Of a stretch of 14,684 bases of DNA, positions 14,567 to 14,684 are shown one piece after another (the stretch's first letter is position 1; the number at the start of each line of letters is the position of its first letter). Origin of the DNA: Promethearchaeota archaeon (GTDB taxonomy: Archaea; Asgardarchaeota; Odinarchaeia; Odinarchaeales; JBHLKK01). The notes below the pieces were generated by a model that saw only the letters and a list, made by a program, of their open reading frames with translations, was not told the origin of the DNA and made no database searches. A program made the position numbers and the translations under genes. The stretch spans positions 37,708 through 52,391 of the forward strand of contig JBHLPL010000002.1 in NCBI GenBank assembly GCA_048939465.1. Direction: 5' to 3'.

Positions 14567-14684
14567 TATTTGGTCACTTCTTCTACCTTTTCTTCTTTTT
14601 CCTCAACCACTTCTTCTACCTTTTCTTCTTTTTCCTCAACCACTTCTTCTACCTTTTCTTCTTTTTCCTCAACCACTTCTTCTA
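14566..14684 (-). CDS. 3' end of the upstream gene, most likely uS3 with an acidic repetitive C-terminal tail; truncated
   Basis: Open frame reading ...(VEEKEEKVEEV)x3-T-K-stop. TAA at 14568-14566 overlaps the rpl29 ATG (TAATG). Identity comes from the conserved rps3-rpl29 order only. Confidence 0.65.
   Translation of the reverse strand, partial: EEVVEEKEEKVEEVVEEKEEKVEEVVEEKEEKVEEVTK
14575..14684 (-). repeat. Perfect 33-bp tandem repeat (plus strand CACTTCTTCTACCTTTTCTTCTTTTTCCTCAAC) x3.3, encoding VEEKEEKVEEV
   Basis: Units start at 14575, 14608 and 14641, with a partial unit at 14674; the array runs off the window end. Confidence 0.97.

Overview
Archaeal ribosomal superoperon (about 40% GC by eye), encoded entirely on the minus strand. 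In transcription order (high to low coordinates): [probable rps3 C-terminus, truncated]-rpl29-rnp1-rps17-rpl14-rpl24-rps4e-rpl5-rps14-rps8-rpl6-rpl32e-rpl19e-rpl18-rps5-rpl30-[Hsp20]-rpl15-secY-adk-DUF106/EMC3-like-rpl34e-cmk-rpl14e-cbf5-tRNA-Ser(GGA)-rps13-rps4-[probable rps11 N-terminus, truncated]. Most of it is conserved housekeeping sequence. The departures are: (1) a small heat-shock protein gene between rpl30 and rpl15, with its own candidate promoter and a palindrome at the predicted start site; (2) a tRNA-Ser with two introns, a canonical 37/38 intron and a non-canonical T-loop 59/60 intron with a fully paired bulge-helix-bulge, lying directly downstream of cbf5; (3) perfect coding tandem repeats giving low-complexity charged extensions to ribosomal proteins at both window ends, plus an acidic eL32 tail; (4) an SD-preceded 16-codon mini-ORF between rpl14 and rpl24. 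The lineage cannot be fixed from the sequence alone; a TACK/Asgard-like archaeon is only an impression. All assignments come from motif recognition and synteny, with no database search.
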